64,000 nt of DNA from an uncultured bacterium (GCA_963840885.1 CAWJAN010000001.1:181356-245355), one strand, 5' to 3'; positions 20,642 through 31,034 are shown, numbered from the stretch's first letter. The notes: generated by a model from the sequence alone, not told the origin. Made by a program: numbers and translations.

Positions 20642-22651
20642 ATGTTAAGAAACCAATTTAATCAGCACGATAACAGAAGAAGAATGGGCCATAGGCCGCA
20701 CAAGACAGCCGGGCCGGCAAGGCCGGGCGATAATCTTCCGCCAAGAAGATCTTTTTCTCCGCTTGCGGAAGATCAGGCGGCTATTTTCGACAAAAATCTG
20801 TCCGGAATCCTAAGCGATAACAATGCCGGCGGTCATGAGCACCGGGACGGAAGAATGCCTTTTCAAAAAAGAAGGCCTTTCAACAGAAACCCTAGGAGAG
20901 GTGAAAAGCCCAAAGTAGGCCTTATAAGAAAGGTCACTTCGGAAACTGCCAAGAAAAATGAAGAGATAGTTCCTCCTATAGAAAAAGGCATAGTAAGAAT
21001 AATACCTCTTGGAGGAGTTGAGGAGGTTGGAAAAAATATGACTGCCGTGGAATACGGCGACGACATAATCGTTATCGATGCCGGAATGCAGTTCAAGACT
21101 GAAGAGACTCCCGGCATAGATTTCATGCTTCCTAACACTAAATACCTGGAACAGAGAAAGCATAAGATCAAAGCTCTGGTCATAACTCATGGACACCTAG
21201 ACCATATAGGAGCTATACCATTCATAATGGAGCCTCTTGGAAATCCTCCGATTTACACAAGAGAATTCGGCGCGCTTATAATCAAAAAAAGGCAGTCTGA
21301 ATTCCCTCACCTTCCGGAATTAAATATGAAAATAGTTGAGCAGACTACAGATTTTCTTCCAATAACGGAAAATATAAAAATAAGATTTTTCGGAATCACA
21401 CATTCCATACCTGAGTCCACCGGAGTAATAATAAATACGCCTGTAGGAGACATAGTTACCACGGGCGATGTAAGGCTTGATAATGTGGACGGCGTGCCCA
21501 CGGAAGAAGAAATCGAACAGTATGAGCTCTTTCAGAAAAGAGAAGCTTTGCTTCTGCTTGTCGATTCTACGGGAATCGAAAGACCGGGATGGGGCATCTC
21601 CGAAGAAGTGGTTGTAAAGACGATAAGTGATATTGTAAGCAATGCACCGGCAAGGATAATAATCGCGACATTCGCTTCGCAAGTCGAAAGAATAATAAAA
21701 TTCATAGAAATAGCCAAAAATTTCAACAGAAAGGTTGTTATTGAAGGAAGAAGCATGAAAAACAATGTGGAAGTCATAAAATTCCTTAAGCTTGCGGATA
21801 CGAGCCATATAATCCCGATAGAAGAAATGGAAAATCATCCGCCTCATAAGCTCATGATACTTTCTACCGGAGCGCAGGGAGAAGAATTCGCTGCACTCAT
21901 GAGAATGGCCAATGATTCGCACAAATACATAAAGCTTAACAAAACGGATACGATAGTCCTTTCATCATCGGTAATTCCCGGCAATGAAAGAGCTATAGCG
22001 ACGCTCAAAGACAATCTTTACAGGCATGATTCAAGGATAATCACGTATGCCGAAAGCGATGTGCATGCTGGAGGACACGGAAAGCGCGGAGAGCTTGAGT
22101 GGATTCACAGGCATATTCCCCACAGATTCCTAATGCCGGTACATGGACACCACTTCATGCTTAAGATGCATGCGGAGCTTGCCGTTTCTGTCGGCATGCC
22201 GAGAGAAAATGTCGTTGTTCCGGATAATGGAAGCATAATAGAGATATACGACAACGGATCAAAAATCAGGATAAGGAAAGAGAAAGCGCCTTCAGGAATA
22301 GTCATGGTCGACGGTTTTTCCGTCGGAGACGTCCAAGAAGTAGTCATAAGGGACAGGCAGATGCTCGCTAAGGACGGAATGTTCGTAATCATTGCAAGCA
22401 TAGATGTAAGCACAGGAAGACTTAGAAAATCACCGGATATAATATCCAGAGGATTCATCTATCTGAAAGAATCTCAGGATCTACTTAAGAATGCGAGGCT
22501 TATAATAAAGAAGACTGTGGAGGAAGGGGCGCACGGAAATCCTATAAATTTCGAAATGATAAAGGATGAGATAACCGACAATATAAGCAGATATCTCTTC
22601 CAGCAGACAGCAAAGAGGCCGATGGTAATACCTGTGGTAATAGGAGTATAG
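20642..22651 (+). CDS. rnj: Ribonuclease J, with a basic low-complexity N-terminal extension
   Basis: PLGGVEEVGKNM, THGHLDHIG, GAQGE, HAGGH, RPMVIPV. Confidence 0.95.
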   Translation: MLRNQFNQHDNRRRMGHRPHKTAGPARPGDNLPPRRSFSPLAEDQAAIFDKNLSGILSDNNAGGHEHRDGRMPFQKRRPFNRNPRRGEKPKVGLIRKVTSETAKKNEEIVPPIEKGIVRIIPLGGVEEVGKNMTAVEYGDDIIVIDAGMQFKTEETPGIDFMLPNTKYLEQRKHKIKALVITHGHLDHIGAIPFIMEPLGNPPIYTREFGALIIKKRQSEFPHLPELNMKIVEQTTDFLPITENIKIRFFGITHSIPESTGVIINTPVGDIVTTGDVRLDNVDGVPTEEEIEQYELFQKREALLLLVDSTGIERPGWGISEEVVVKTISDIVSNAPARIIIATFASQVERIIKFIEIAKNFNRKVVIEGRSMKNNVEVIKFLKLADTSHIIPIEEMENHPPHKLMILSTGAQGEEFAALMRMANDSHKYIKLNKTDTIVLSSSVIPGNERAIATLKDNLYRHDSRIITYAESDVHAGGHGKRGELEWIHRHIPHRFLMPVHGHHFMLKMHAELAVSVGMPRENVVVPDNGSIIEIYDNGSKIRIRKEKAPSGIVMVDGFSVGDVQEVVIRDRQMLAKDGMFVIIASIDVSTGRLRKSPDIISRGFIYLKESQDLLKNARLIIKKTVEEGAHGNPINFEMIKDEITDNISRYLFQQTAKRPMVIPVVIGV

Positions 22652-22669
22652 CCAATAATATAAAATCTC

Positions 22670-22701
22670 AAAAAGCGGCGCCCGAAGGCGCCGCTTTTTT
22701 A
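22670..22701. terminator. Bidirectional intrinsic terminator
   Basis: AAAAAGCGGCGCC-CGAA-GGCGCCGCTTTTT between convergent genes. Confidence 0.85.
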
Positions 22702-22710
22702 TAATAAAAA

Positions 22711-23886
22711 TCAAAGAGTGTCTTTTATGGACAAGCTATACCTTATTCCGAAAAGCATTATGAATGCGAGCGCAAAGAAAAGATACTGAAAATTGAAATA
22801 TGCTAGAAACAAGGTCGCAACAAGCGGAGCTATTATGTATGTAAGCGGTATCATCGATCTGTACAAACTTATTATATTCGCATCCTTATCCCCTATTTTT
22901 TTGAAAAAATAAGTATCAGTCATAACCTCAACCATGGAAGATCCTACTCTGGTTATGAATAAAACTATGGCCCAAACCCAAAAATTTTTATTGCTTATGA
23001 ACGGTATGAAAGCAGTAGAAAAAGCTATTATTATAAAACCGGCAGTAAGTATCTCCTTTTCGCCAAGCACCTTGTCGGCAATCCATCCGAGCGGAGGCTC
23101 TAGTATGACGAAAGGCAGAAGCATTACAGTGAATATTTTACCTATCGTAAGCCAATCGAAACCCATATTTATATTCATATATATGGGCATATATATCGTC
23201 ATCCAGGCGTAAAAAAACTGCAAAAGAAAAAAAGATGCCGTTATAAACTGGACGTCTTTCATTCCCAAGATCTCTTTAGCTGTATTTAATATATCAAACT
23301 CCTTGTATTCCGGATCTTTGAAATCTTTCATTTCCCAGAACAATATGAAAATTATCGGTATCATAAAAAGCGCTGCGACTAAAAATGCATTGTGATAGCC
23401 GGATTGCCCTACTATAAGACCGGAAAGAAATGGGCATATGAGCCAGGCAAAATTTTCTATGGAAAGGTAAACTCCTCTTATGTCTCCGGTATTTATGTTT
23501 GCAGAGTCATGTTCAACGAATATATCCAAAGAAAGGCTTATTATGCCGGAAGCGGCAGAACTTATTATATAGAAAAGTATTATGGGCCATATGCTTTTTA
23601 AAATACCCATAGCCAAAAGAGACAAAAGGGTGAGGCAGGAAGCAAAGATGGCTGTCTTGTAGTTTCCATATCTCTTAAGAATCTTTGGCATCAATAGAAA
23701 CGTTACCAGCGAAACAACGGAAGCGCCGGCAAAAACATAACCAACCGTTTTTTCTCCGATGATAGCGCTAAAAAAGCTCGAAGTTATATATGATGGTATG
23801 GCAAAACGAAAAGAAATTATAAATCCCAGGACGTACAATGACAGCAAAGAAGATTTTCTTAAGATTGGCTTGATGTCCGGAATCAT
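22711..23886 (-). CDS. MFS transporter
   Basis: About 12 TM helices, G.IAD..GEK loop motif. Confidence 0.85.
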   Translation of the reverse strand: MIPDIKPILRKSSLLSLYVLGFIISFRFAIPSYITSSFFSAIIGEKTVGYVFAGASVVSLVTFLLMPKILKRYGNYKTAIFASCLTLLSLLAMGILKSIWPIILFYIISSAASGIISLSLDIFVEHDSANINTGDIRGVYLSIENFAWLICPFLSGLIVGQSGYHNAFLVAALFMIPIIFILFWEMKDFKDPEYKEFDILNTAKEILGMKDVQFITASFFLLQFFYAWMTIYMPIYMNINMGFDWLTIGKIFTVMLLPFVILEPPLGWIADKVLGEKEILTAGFIIIAFSTAFIPFISNKNFWVWAIVLFITRVGSSMVEVMTDTYFFKKIGDKDANIISLYRSMIPLTYIIAPLVATLFLAYFNFQYLFFALAFIMLFGIRYSLSIKDTL

Positions 23887-23910
23887 GTGTATATAATAGC
23901 GGAAAAAAAA

Positions 23911-24369
23911 TTATTTTAATTTAACCGGCACGAAAAAAGATTTTGAGAAAGAAGGATCACCTGATGGATTGTCGTTTGAAAATACCAGGAGCCCGCTGCC
24001 GGTGCTTGTGGAATTGTCATATGTTATTTCGGCAGTGAAGTTCACGAAACTTGTCGTAGCCCAGTCGCTCTCAGCAGTGGCAATCCCCGATCCTATGATA
24101 TTTTCATTTTCATCATACAGCTTTACTGGAAAACTTGCCTCAAAAAACCAATTGCCTTTCGCTTTACCGGATATTTTTATCGGGCTTGAGACCGTATCGT
24201 TCGGCTTAGGATAAAATACGGATATCTCCGAACTTGTGGATTCTGTCTGCTGATAACTATTTAATGGGGTTAAATTACTATTTCTTCCCCAATCAAAGAC
24301 AAGCGCCGCTATAAAAAATAATATAGCCAGGATAACTATGTAAAAAATTATTTTCCACTTGATATTCAT
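23911..24369 (-). CDS. Gmad2 immunoglobulin-like domain protein
   Basis: SPIKISGKAKGNWFFEASFPV, DNPSG. Confidence 0.8.
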   Translation of the reverse strand: MNIKWKIIFYIVILAILFFIAALVFDWGRNSNLTPLNSYQQTESTSSEISVFYPKPNDTVSSPIKISGKAKGNWFFEASFPVKLYDENENIIGSGIATAESDWATTSFVNFTAEITYDNSTSTGSGLLVFSNDNPSGDPSFSKSFFVPVKLK

Positions 24370-24375
24370 TGGTTT

Positions 24376-24756
24376 TTATTGCGGCAATTCGCAGCCTGTG
24401 GCATCGGAGAGCTGTTGGAGAGTCTGGCCTTCAACAAATCCCTCTATTCTCGTGCTTGTGCCTACAATCCATGTAGGAAAGCCTTGAATGCCCTTGTCTG
24501 TGCAAAGCTGTGTCTGTTCCGTGCATTCAACATAGTTTATATACTGAACTGAATCGCCCAAAGCCGCCTTATTTGCCTGGCAATGAGGGCACCAATAGGC
24601 TCCGTACATGACGGCCCCTTTTTGTGTAAGACACTGGGTAAAAGCATCATATTTTCCAGGTTCTGGAGCTTTCTTAGTTCCCATAAATGACAAGACCGTT
24701 ACAAGTATTATTACTATGACAGTTCCCCAAATTATTATTTTATTTTCTTTTTTCAT
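24376..24756 (-). CDS. Membrane-anchored thioredoxin-like protein (VKOR-associated type)
   Basis: MYGAYWCPHC, YVEC, GIQGFPTW, L...TGC. Confidence 0.82.
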   Translation of the reverse strand: MKKENKIIIWGTVIVIILVTVLSFMGTKKAPEPGKYDAFTQCLTQKGAVMYGAYWCPHCQANKAALGDSVQYINYVECTEQTQLCTDKGIQGFPTWIVGTSTRIEGFVEGQTLQQLSDATGCELPQ

Positions 24757-24780
24757 GTTTGTCGTTAAATTAAAATTTAT

Positions 24781-25278
24781 TTATTCTTTGCAGCAATCGA
24801 CTAGCTTACCCATTATGTCATTCATCGTCCAGGGTTTTTCTTCTTCTGCCGTCTTTTTCAAGCCTTCTATATTTATAAGCTTGAGCCTTAGGGCAAAGAA
24901 CATATTGAACATCTTATAAGCTTCTCCGAAAACCTCTTTGGCTTCATCCTTTTTGCCGTCAGCCTGCAATTTTGTCCCCACTTCAAAAAGCCTCATGGAA
25001 GTGGCGAGCAGATGTTTTGATGCGCACCATGTCTCACCTTCAGTTTTCTCTATCATTTTTGCCAGAAGTTTAGCTCTGGTAGCGCGGACTTCCGTAAGAA
25101 AATCGAAATATTCCGGCTTGTTTGTCTTTGCTCCGGTAAAGAAAAAATGCTCTTCAAGGCTTATAAGATTCATTATGGCTATAGCCAGATCTTCCTCGGT
25201 GGAAAGGTCGAATTTTTTGCCTTTTTTAAGCTCATCGATCTTCTTGAGGACCTCTTCGTAATTCATCTCATTTTTCAT
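24781..25278 (-). CDS. Hypothetical helical protein with EEH, WC.SKH and C-terminal DCC motifs
   Basis: Co-oriented ORF inside the redox gene run; no family recognised. Confidence 0.7.
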   Translation of the reverse strand: MKNEMNYEEVLKKIDELKKGKKFDLSTEEDLAIAIMNLISLEEHFFFTGAKTNKPEYFDFLTEVRATRAKLLAKMIEKTEGETWCASKHLLATSMRLFEVGTKLQADGKKDEAKEVFGEAYKMFNMFFALRLKLINIEGLKKTAEEEKPWTMNDIMGKLVDCCKE

Positions 25279-25297
25279 AATATATTTCCTGAAAGGC

Positions 25298-26080
25298 CTA
25301 TTGTATCACAAAGATAAGCATACCCAAAAGAATCATCGCTAATGACAGCCATATCCTTGCTTCCTTAGTTTCAGCCCTTCTCACTTCGTCCATAGCTTCC
25401 AGAACTTTCTTGTTTGAAGCTATTATAAGGGCAATGAACAGGGGCAGAACAAATACTATGTTATAGAAAAATAGATAGCCAAGGCCTTTTATAAAGGTGG
25501 CATGATCGTGCAAAAGCCCGAGGACGAACAAATACGGGCCTCCGGTGCAGGGAAATTCGAATATTCCAACGATGAAACCTAGGAATAATGTCGTCGGTAT
25601 AGTCGCTTTTTCTACAAGCGCAGCTATTTTGTTGTATGCAAATTCTGGAATCTTCAGCTTTATGGGAAAATGCGGAATGATCTGGTCGAGAAAGCCTGTC
25701 AGACCGAATGCGATGATGGCGCCTGCGCCGATTTTCGTCAAAAGATCTGGGACTTGGAATAAGGACAGGGCTTTAAGGAAACCGAGGCCTATAAGCACGT
25801 ACGTTGCAAAAATACCGAATACGAATGAAAATCCGGCCCAAAAAATATTTTCTCTTGATCTGCCCAGGCTGAATAAGAATGCCATTGTAAGAAACAGGAC
25901 AGAGAAAGCGCATGGATTCGTGCTGTCTATAAGAGCTGATACGGCGATAAGCCCGGGAAGCCAACCCTTGTATTCTTTTATCGTGGGAATCTTAAAATGA
26001 AAAACTCCGGAATACAGCAATGCAAGAAAAATTACAGCAAGTATGAGTATTATTATGGCGGTTCTTTTCCTGTTATTCAT
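25298..26080 (-). CDS. CcdA/DsbD-like transmembrane electron transporter
   Basis: DSTNPCAF and EFPCTGGPY paired Cys motifs, multiple TM helices. Confidence 0.85.
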   Translation of the reverse strand: MNNRKRTAIIILILAVIFLALLYSGVFHFKIPTIKEYKGWLPGLIAVSALIDSTNPCAFSVLFLTMAFLFSLGRSRENIFWAGFSFVFGIFATYVLIGLGFLKALSLFQVPDLLTKIGAGAIIAFGLTGFLDQIIPHFPIKLKIPEFAYNKIAALVEKATIPTTLFLGFIVGIFEFPCTGGPYLFVLGLLHDHATFIKGLGYLFFYNIVFVLPLFIALIIASNKKVLEAMDEVRRAETKEARIWLSLAMILLGMLIFVIQ

Positions 26081-26082
26081 GA

Positions 26083-27726
26083 TTATTTTTTAGCTTTCGG
26101 CAAATCTACGTAAAATGTCGTTCCCTTGCCCTCACCTTCAGAATCAAACCATACCTTGCCATTGTGTGATTTTATTACGCCTTTGACAAAGACCAGACCA
26201 TAACCTGAACTCTGGACATTTACTTCTATTGAATCGCGTCCGACTCCGCCTGCTTTAAACAGCCTAGGCCTGTCCTCTTCCTTTACGCCTACTCCCGTAT
26301 CTTTTATCGATACGAGCACTTCTCCGTATTTTTCGTAAAGATTTATATTTATGCTTCCTCTTGGCGTATAATTTATGGAATTATCTATCAGATTCCTAAA
26401 AGCCTCGCCAAGATATTTTTCGTCTCCCATTACATAATGATCGCCATCGTCTATATTCAATGTTATATTTAGGCCCTTTTTCTCAGCTGTCTGCTTGTTC
26501 TTTTCGAAAGTTTTTTTAAGAAGTTCTCCAAGGTCAATCTTTTTCATATCATAAATGAGAGTTCCGTTCTCTGCGCTTGCCCCCTGTAAAATCTGAGAAA
26601 CGAATTCTACGCCGGTATTTGTCTGTTCCAAACCTTCCTTAAGAAGAGGAGCCGCGGACTTCGGCATATCTCCGTAATCTTCCGTCAAAAGCTCTGCAAA
26701 AATATCCTTGTTCTTCCCGAGATAGCCTTTTATCTGGTGATTCATTATATGAATAAGGGTCTTTTGGCCAGCATTTGCTGTTTCAAGTTCCTCCAGCAAT
26801 GACGTCTCCTTTTTTATTCCTCGCACAAGAGTCAGGCCAAGAATACTGGATATTATAAGAGTTATGCCCGTAAGGACTTTTACTGTATCAGTCTGGCTTT
26901 CCAAATAAAAGAACTGGGAGCCGACCAAAATTATCAAAGCCCATACGAGCGCCTGGGCCCACAATAATTTAATATTAAACGCTTTGAATTTTACTATAGA
27001 GTAAGCCATGAAGCCTATGAATATGACCATGGCCAACAAACCGTATGATTCTACGACATAGCCGGATGATATGCCTTGATCTGTCAGATAACTAGAAATA
27101 AAGGCGGTTGTAAAGAAGCCTAGCAAAAAAAGAATGGCGCCGGAAGAGACAAGGATCACTTCTTTTTTTCTTTCTTTTTTGCTCTTTATGACCCCTTGCA
27201 CAATAAGGAATAACAACCAAATACAAATGAAGATTTCGGAATAATGAAGATAGGTTATGAAGAACCCTGTATTGGCCCAGCAATTTAGATAATCGAAATT
27301 CAATAGATTATAAGTCGTCGGCGTCATTATTATAATCGGTAAAAATATTATTCCAAGGATTATTTTGTATGGGAACGGCAAATCTCTCTGATTTATAAAT
27401 GCGTATGTAAAATAAAGGCCGCTTGCATAAATTAAAAACTCGAATATTCCCGTTGAAGCCCATGCGAACATGATGATTCTGCTGTCAAAACTGAGCCACG
27501 TAAATAGATCCAATACAGACCATATTGCAAAGCATATTGTCATCGATAAAAGAGCTTTGCTTACCAAAGATCTTTTATTTTTTATCAAGACTAAAATGCC
27601 TATCAATAAAGCGAGAATGACTGTCGGTATATGTGAATAATATAAAATACCGATGGAATTTCCATCTAAAACGCTGGATAATGAGGCTGAGCAGGTTGAT
27701 AGGTTGGTAATAAAATTATATCCCAT
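26083..27726 (-). CDS. Sensor histidine kinase with 7TM (HisKA_7TM-like) input domain
   Basis: Multi-TM N-terminus, H-box NHQIK, NLIDNSINYT, DTGVG, GYGL, GKGTTF. Confidence 0.88.
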   Translation of the reverse strand: MGYNFITNLSTCSASLSSVLDGNSIGILYYSHIPTVILALLIGILVLIKNKRSLVSKALLSMTICFAIWSVLDLFTWLSFDSRIIMFAWASTGIFEFLIYASGLYFTYAFINQRDLPFPYKIILGIIFLPIIIMTPTTYNLLNFDYLNCWANTGFFITYLHYSEIFICIWLLFLIVQGVIKSKKERKKEVILVSSGAILFLLGFFTTAFISSYLTDQGISSGYVVESYGLLAMVIFIGFMAYSIVKFKAFNIKLLWAQALVWALIILVGSQFFYLESQTDTVKVLTGITLIISSILGLTLVRGIKKETSLLEELETANAGQKTLIHIMNHQIKGYLGKNKDIFAELLTEDYGDMPKSAAPLLKEGLEQTNTGVEFVSQILQGASAENGTLIYDMKKIDLGELLKKTFEKNKQTAEKKGLNITLNIDDGDHYVMGDEKYLGEAFRNLIDNSINYTPRGSININLYEKYGEVLVSIKDTGVGVKEEDRPRLFKAGGVGRDSIEVNVQSSGYGLVFVKGVIKSHNGKVWFDSEGEGKGTTFYVDLPKAKK

Positions 27727-27739
27727 TTGGCAAAAAAAA

Positions 27740-28498
27740 TTATTTGATCAATTCATCCATATACTTCGGATGGCTAGACCATATCTTATCATTTACTTCT
27801 TCGGATGGAACCCCTTCGACTATAAGAGGTTTGATGCCGAAATATTCTTCAATCTCCTTGAATGCCGGCTCTACTATGCGCTCAGTGAATCTGCCTTCCT
27901 TTCCATCTTTTATAAAATTCTCAAAAAGAATCCCATTTCTTATGAAAAGAGCAAGATACTTAGAATAATATTTATAGGCTTTTTTGCCCATAGCATTAAA
28001 AATGGGAGATGCGTCGAATAGTTCGATATCGGGAAATCTCGTTTTCAATATTCTATGGTGAAAATCCACCAGATTTTCTCCCCACAAGGTTGTTATATCG
28101 CTGAACTTCTTATTCTCTAGATTGCCGTTCTCCAAATCAACAACTTTTCTTGTCTTAAAAATTTTTTTGTTTGTTTTTTTATCAAATCTGTCGAAAATCC
28201 TCAATTTGACCAGATTAACCTTGCTGGGATTCGTTGAACAAAATAAATCGTCCAAATATTCATAACACAGAGGTTTAAGGCCGCATTTTATCGAAAAATC
28301 TATGAATCTGGTAAATTCAATGTCGGGAGACGCTATATTATGCACTATCAAAAGCTTTGGCTGATTTTTAATGACTTCTGGCATATCCATGTTTAAAAAT
28401 GCATTAACTTTCTTCTCCAAATCGCCGTCATTCCATCTTTTCCATATTTCTTTTTTAGCCTCTTCAAGAGGGGTGTAAAAATCGAATTTTTCCTGCAT
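27740..28498 (-). CDS. Hypothetical cytoplasmic protein directly upstream of the 7TM kinase
   Basis: ORF from MQEKFDFY; ends 13 bp before the kinase start. Confidence 0.7.
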   Translation of the reverse strand: MQEKFDFYTPLEEAKKEIWKRWNDGDLEKKVNAFLNMDMPEVIKNQPKLLIVHNIASPDIEFTRFIDFSIKCGLKPLCYEYLDDLFCSTNPSKVNLVKLRIFDRFDKKTNKKIFKTRKVVDLENGNLENKKFSDITTLWGENLVDFHHRILKTRFPDIELFDASPIFNAMGKKAYKYYSKYLALFIRNGILFENFIKDGKEGRFTERIVEPAFKEIEEYFGIKPLIVEGVPSEEVNDKIWSSHPKYMDELIK

Positions 28499-28503
28499 AA
28501 GGC

Positions 28504-28914
28504 TTAATTTTCTAATTCGCTGCTGCATTCTATTCCATCCGCATTGCCGATCTGGCAAAGTTCATATGAACAGTTATCTTCTCCGGTATTGCACATCAAT
28601 TCCGGGCAAGATATACCTCCGGACGCATCTTCATTGCATACGGCTGTAATATTATTGGCATTTTTATGTATCAATTTATAATAGCTTGTCTGTTCTGATG
28701 AATCTGAAGAACAAGAAGGGTCTACGGAAGGATCGCATTGATTAACAAAACAATTCTCAATTTTTGGATCACAAGATACCTGTGCGATAATCTGATAATC
28801 CTTCAGAACGAATAATTTTACGAAAGTGACCAGAAGAGAGATAAAAATAAGCGAGAAAAATATGATATAAAATATTTTGTCCGCTTTTCCGATTTTTTTT
28901 ATTTCTTGTTCCAT
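28504..28914 (-). CDS. Membrane-anchored cysteine-rich protein
   Basis: N-terminal TM, 10 Cys in the exported part. Confidence 0.7.
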   Translation of the reverse strand: MEQEIKKIGKADKIFYIIFFSLIFISLLVTFVKLFVLKDYQIIAQVSCDPKIENCFVNQCDPSVDPSCSSDSSEQTSYYKLIHKNANNITAVCNEDASGGISCPELMCNTGEDNCSYELCQIGNADGIECSSELEN

Positions 28915-28964
28915 GATGCTGATTGCCTCTGATAATTATACATTAAAAACTGGATGAAAAAAGT

Positions 28965-29621
28965 CTAAAAACCGCGTAAAAACAATTTTTTAATAATTTC
29001 TCCCACTAATGACATCAAAAAACTCCAGGCGGTGCAGCTGATAATGGTGCTGACTATGAATATTTTCATGTCCTTGCGTTCTATTTTCCCGAATCTTCCC
29101 TTCCTCATAAAAACAGTGGTCTTGAAAGAATCCTGGAATATCGAAAAGACAAAAAATGTAAAAAATCCTTCATATTTTAAAGCCCATGATATGAATTTGG
29201 AGTTTTTCCCCTTTTCTTTCAGCTCTTCGTATGCCTCGACGCCGAACCAATCTATGCCCATTTTCTGATACCACAGGAAAAACCCCATATTTATAATAAG
29301 AGCGCCTATGGAAGCGACTACCGAGCCCCATAAAACACCGAGTTCAAATTGCAGCCAAATCCAAAATGGAAAATCATAGAGAAAATCTATCGCTTCCATG
29401 ATTCCCCATCCGGCAGCCATAGTGATTATTTTTTTCCAATTTTTGGAAATAACGCAAAGGATAAGGAAAATCGTTGCTGAAAACCACACCGTTTGCTCGC
29501 TAACTAGAGCGATGATAATGGAAGAAACTATAAGCACAAGGAATATTGCGTAAAAAAGTCCGTCTTTCTTGCTCATCTTTTTTTCTTTCTGCATAAAAAA
29601 TCTATTTGGATTTGATATCAT
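28965..29621 (-). CDS. Hypothetical multi-pass membrane protein
   Basis: Several hydrophobic segments; true start possibly 29594 or 29576. Confidence 0.6.
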   Translation of the reverse strand: MISNPNRFFMQKEKKMSKKDGLFYAIFLVLIVSSIIIALVSEQTVWFSATIFLILCVISKNWKKIITMAAGWGIMEAIDFLYDFPFWIWLQFELGVLWGSVVASIGALIINMGFFLWYQKMGIDWFGVEAYEELKEKGKNSKFISWALKYEGFFTFFVFSIFQDSFKTTVFMRKGRFGKIERKDMKIFIVSTIISCTAWSFLMSLVGEIIKKLFLRGF

Positions 29622-29740
29622 TATAAGTTAGAAAACAAAAAATAAGAAATAGTGTTATAAACTATGATTCATTTACTAATATTTTTTATTATGATAATTT
29701 AGAATAAGCTGTACAAAAAATCCGGAAAAGGAGGCTGAAC

Positions 29741-30010
29741 GTGCCTAAAAAGAATAAGGACAGGGTCGCTCTTCCTTTCCGTGTTGATCCGGATTGGCTG
29801 AAGAAAAAAACATATGTGCCAAACGGCGTAAAAATCGTTTTTACAGGCCGCTTGCCCATAAAATTCATGCAAATGAATATACTCGGCGGAAGCGGTCTTG
29901 AGATGTTTTTCAGGGGTTTTCCATTCACTTTCGAACAGAAAATGGCTGAAGACCTGATTAGAAAAGGCTTTGCCAAAAAGTTTATGGAAAAATCGAAAAG
30001 CCCCGGATGA
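29741..30010 (+). CDS. Hypothetical basic protein (standalone cassette)
   Basis: AGGAGG RBS, GTG start, terminator hairpin overlapping the stop. Confidence 0.55.
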   Translation: MPKKNKDRVALPFRVDPDWLKKKTYVPNGVKIVFTGRLPIKFMQMNILGGSGLEMFFRGFPFTFEQKMAEDLIRKGFAKKFMEKSKSPG

Positions 30011-30028
30011 ACGGGGCTTTTTTTATAT

Positions 30029-30634
30029 TTATTTAAGATAAACTATGATATCGAAAGTGTTTTTAGGATTTCCGCCCGGAACGAAATCGCTAAGCGTAAG
30101 CTTTATTGGCGTTCCTGAGGGAATTCCAAGAGCAACGCTGTTCAGGGAAATTATGGAAGATGCCACGTCCATCGTCGAAGTTGATATTGTTCCGCTTGAG
30201 AAAATGGAAACTGGAATTCCGGAAGGCCTCCATCCTGTTCCGTTCACATCATAAAATACCTGGACGGTTCCGGCTATTTGCTGAGTATCTGTCCATACGC
30301 AAGGGTATTTGCTCTCGCCCGCTATATCAAGAGTCCCTTTTATTGTAAGCGGAAATCCTATGCTGCTTCCGGAAACCGGATATGATACGTGAAGATTGCA
30401 TTTTTGATTGGCTGACTGAGCGGTGTTTGTTGTAGTAGTTGTTTTAACTGGAGCATTTGAACCTGATGTTGTTTTTGTATTTGTTTCAGCAACATTTGTA
30501 GAACTCGCCTGCTGTACGCTCGGAACAGTGTACGAAGCTTTATTACCGCCTGTCAAAAATAAGAGTATCAGAAGTATGACTAAAGCGCCGGCAATTAATA
30601 AATATTTTGCTTGTTTTTGATTAAGTTTTTCCAT
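30029..30634 (-). CDS. Membrane-anchored protein with Thr-rich linker and Ig-like (Gmad2-like) domain
   Basis: TM, Thr-rich linker, P..G..I..PLTIKG pattern similar to 23911-24369. Confidence 0.6.
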   Translation of the reverse strand: MEKLNQKQAKYLLIAGALVILLILLFLTGGNKASYTVPSVQQASSTNVAETNTKTTSGSNAPVKTTTTTNTAQSANQKCNLHVSYPVSGSSIGFPLTIKGTLDIAGESKYPCVWTDTQQIAGTVQVFYDVNGTGWRPSGIPVSIFSSGTISTSTMDVASSIISLNSVALGIPSGTPIKLTLSDFVPGGNPKNTFDIIVYLK

Positions 30635-30733
30635 AGATAATATTATAACTCTCTTTCCCATTTTTATACAACCAGCTTAAAAATTAATTTAAACCTTGAA
30701 TTTATTGGGCTTTTCAAGTATCCTAGGACGTAT

Positions 30734-30775
30734 TGCGGGATCGTCCCTGGCCGGGCAGGCTAATGGTAGGACACA
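30734..30775 (+). repeat. Duplicated 5' end of tRNA-Gln interrupted by a 15-nt GC-rich insert
   Basis: TGCGGGATCGT[CCCTGGCCGGGCAGG]CTAATGGTAGGACACA versus TGCGGGATCGTCTAATGGTAGGACACA at 31020. Confidence 0.9.
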
Positions 30776-30776
30776 A

Positions 30777-31034
30777 ATGCAGTATTATTTATATATTTTA
30801 AAAAGTTTGAAAGATAGTAAGCACTACGTTGGCATTACTTCAAATTTAGAAGATAGATTAAAATATCATAATGCAGGCAAAGTTAAATCAACCAAAAGCA
30901 GAAGACCATTCATTATTCTATATATTGAAAAATATAGTAGTAGAATTGAAGCAAGAAAAAGAGAAGTGTATTTGAAAAGTTACAAAGGCAGCAAAGAAAA
31001 ATTGACCTTGATCGAAAATTGCGGGATCGTCTAA
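30777..31034 (+). CDS. Small GIY-YIG nuclease (UPF0213-like), 85 aa
   Basis: YYLYILKS..D.KHYVGITSNLEDRLKYHN.G...STK..RP, EA.KRE..LKS; last codons overlap tRNA-Gln. Confidence 0.9.
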   Translation: MQYYLYILKSLKDSKHYVGITSNLEDRLKYHNAGKVKSTKSRRPFIILYIEKYSSRIEARKREVYLKSYKGSKEKLTLIENCGIV

